A model generated the notes under the pieces. It worked only from the letters and a program-made list of their open reading frames with translations. It was not told the DNA's origin and searched no databases. Shown piece by piece: positions 63,200 through 64,000 of a DNA stretch of 64,000 bases. Source of the stretch: an uncultured Flavobacteriaceae bacterium (lineage in GTDB: Bacteria; Bacteroidota; Bacteroidia; Flavobacteriales; Flavobacteriaceae); contig CAWFGA010000001.1 in the NCBI GenBank assembly GCA_963815225.1, positions 258,952 to 322,951 on the forward strand, given 5' to 3'. A program made the translations under genes and the position numbers. Positions within the stretch are counted from its first letter, which is position 1. Each line of letters opens with the position of its first letter.

Positions 63200-63625
63200 A
63201 TGGAAATTAAAGAGATACAGGAGGAAATTATCGACGAGTTTTCAATGTTCGATGACTGGATGCAGCGCTATGAATATATGATCGAGCTGGGTAAGTCGCT
63301 TCCGTTGATTGAAGAGCAATATAAAACTGAAGATAATATTATAAAGGGATGCCAAAGCAAGGTATGGGTCCATGCAGAATTAGACAATAATAAACTGGTC
63401 TTTACGGCAGATAGCGACGCCATCATCACCAAAGGGATTATTGCTATATTGATACGCGCTTTCAGCAACCAAAGACCGCAGGATATTTTGGAGGCGAATA
63501 CCGCTTTTATCGACCAAATAGGCTTAAAGGAGCATTTATCGCCTACACGGGCAAACGGCCTGGTTAGCATGATCAAGCAATTGAAGTTATACGCCGTTGC
63601 TTATCAAACACAAATAGAAGAATAG
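63200..63625 (+). CDS. sufE: Cysteine desulfuration protein SufE
   Basis: GCQSKVW, DSDA.ITKG, LSPTRANGL. Confidence 0.95.
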   Translation: MEIKEIQEEIIDEFSMFDDWMQRYEYMIELGKSLPLIEEQYKTEDNIIKGCQSKVWVHAELDNNKLVFTADSDAIITKGIIAILIRAFSNQRPQDILEANTAFIDQIGLKEHLSPTRANGLVSMIKQLKLYAVAYQTQIEE

Positions 63626-63630
63626 AAGTT

Positions 63631-63963
63631 ATGAGCGAAGAACATATAGCTGAAGATAGTGCAGCATTGGGAGAAAAAATAGTGAGGGTCTTAAAAACGA
63701 TTTATGATCCAGAAATACCCGTGGATATTTATGAACTGGGGTTAATTTATGACGTTTTGGTCAATGAGGATAGTGAGGTAAAGATATTGATGACTTTGAC
63801 TTCCCCAAATTGTCCCGTAGCGGAAACCTTACCGGTAGAAGTAGAGGAAAAAGTCAAATCCATTAATGAAATTAAGGACGCCGAGGTTGAAATCACCTTT
63901 GATCCACCGTGGACCCAAGACTTAATGAGCGAAGAGGCAAAATTGGAATTGGGGCTTTTATAA
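63631..63963 (+). CDS. DUF59/SufT Fe-S assembly protein
   Basis: DPEIPVDIYELGLIY, MTLTSPNCP, FDPPW. Confidence 0.92.
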   Translation: MSEEHIAEDSAALGEKIVRVLKTIYDPEIPVDIYELGLIYDVLVNEDSEVKILMTLTSPNCPVAETLPVEVEEKVKSINEIKDAEVEITFDPPWTQDLMSEEAKLELGLL

Positions 63964-64000
63964 TAGTGAGATACTAAATCGTTTTTCGTATGACGCAACA

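Overview
Core chromosome of a marine Flavobacteriaceae bacterium (Maribacter/Muricauda-like; evidence: gldH, TAnnTTTG promoters, split atp operon, choice-of-anchor B). Main content, left to right: F0F1 ATP synthase operon (no atpD/atpC), MFS exporter, ECF sigma module, flippase-dut-TPR-DUF4292-envC, dprA, trpS, a second ECF module, recA, trhO, ricT-gldH-PBP1A, scoAB, sdhCAB, peptidases, thiL and a suf operon carrying a MomL-like AHL lactonase and two beta-barrel genes. No rRNA, tRNA, CRISPR, transposase or prophage was seen. Seven genes, several of them essential, are broken by small indels mostly in homopolymers, and three carry in-frame stops; most are probably sequencing errors. Best leads: (1) a four-helix-bundle (IVS/Avd-like) gene between atpA and atpG enclosed by a 31-bp imperfect inverted repeat of degenerate heptamers, with ORF-less hairpins at other operon junctions; (2) an ECF sigma whose anti-sigma candidate has both an inner-membrane helix and an outer-membrane barrel, plus two copies of a matching promoter, one before an unannotated small membrane-peptide reading; (3) a 21-bp-period direct repeat and TTCCCCAA-loop hairpins associated with small unannotated genes. 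All family calls are from recognition of motifs and synteny; no database search was run.
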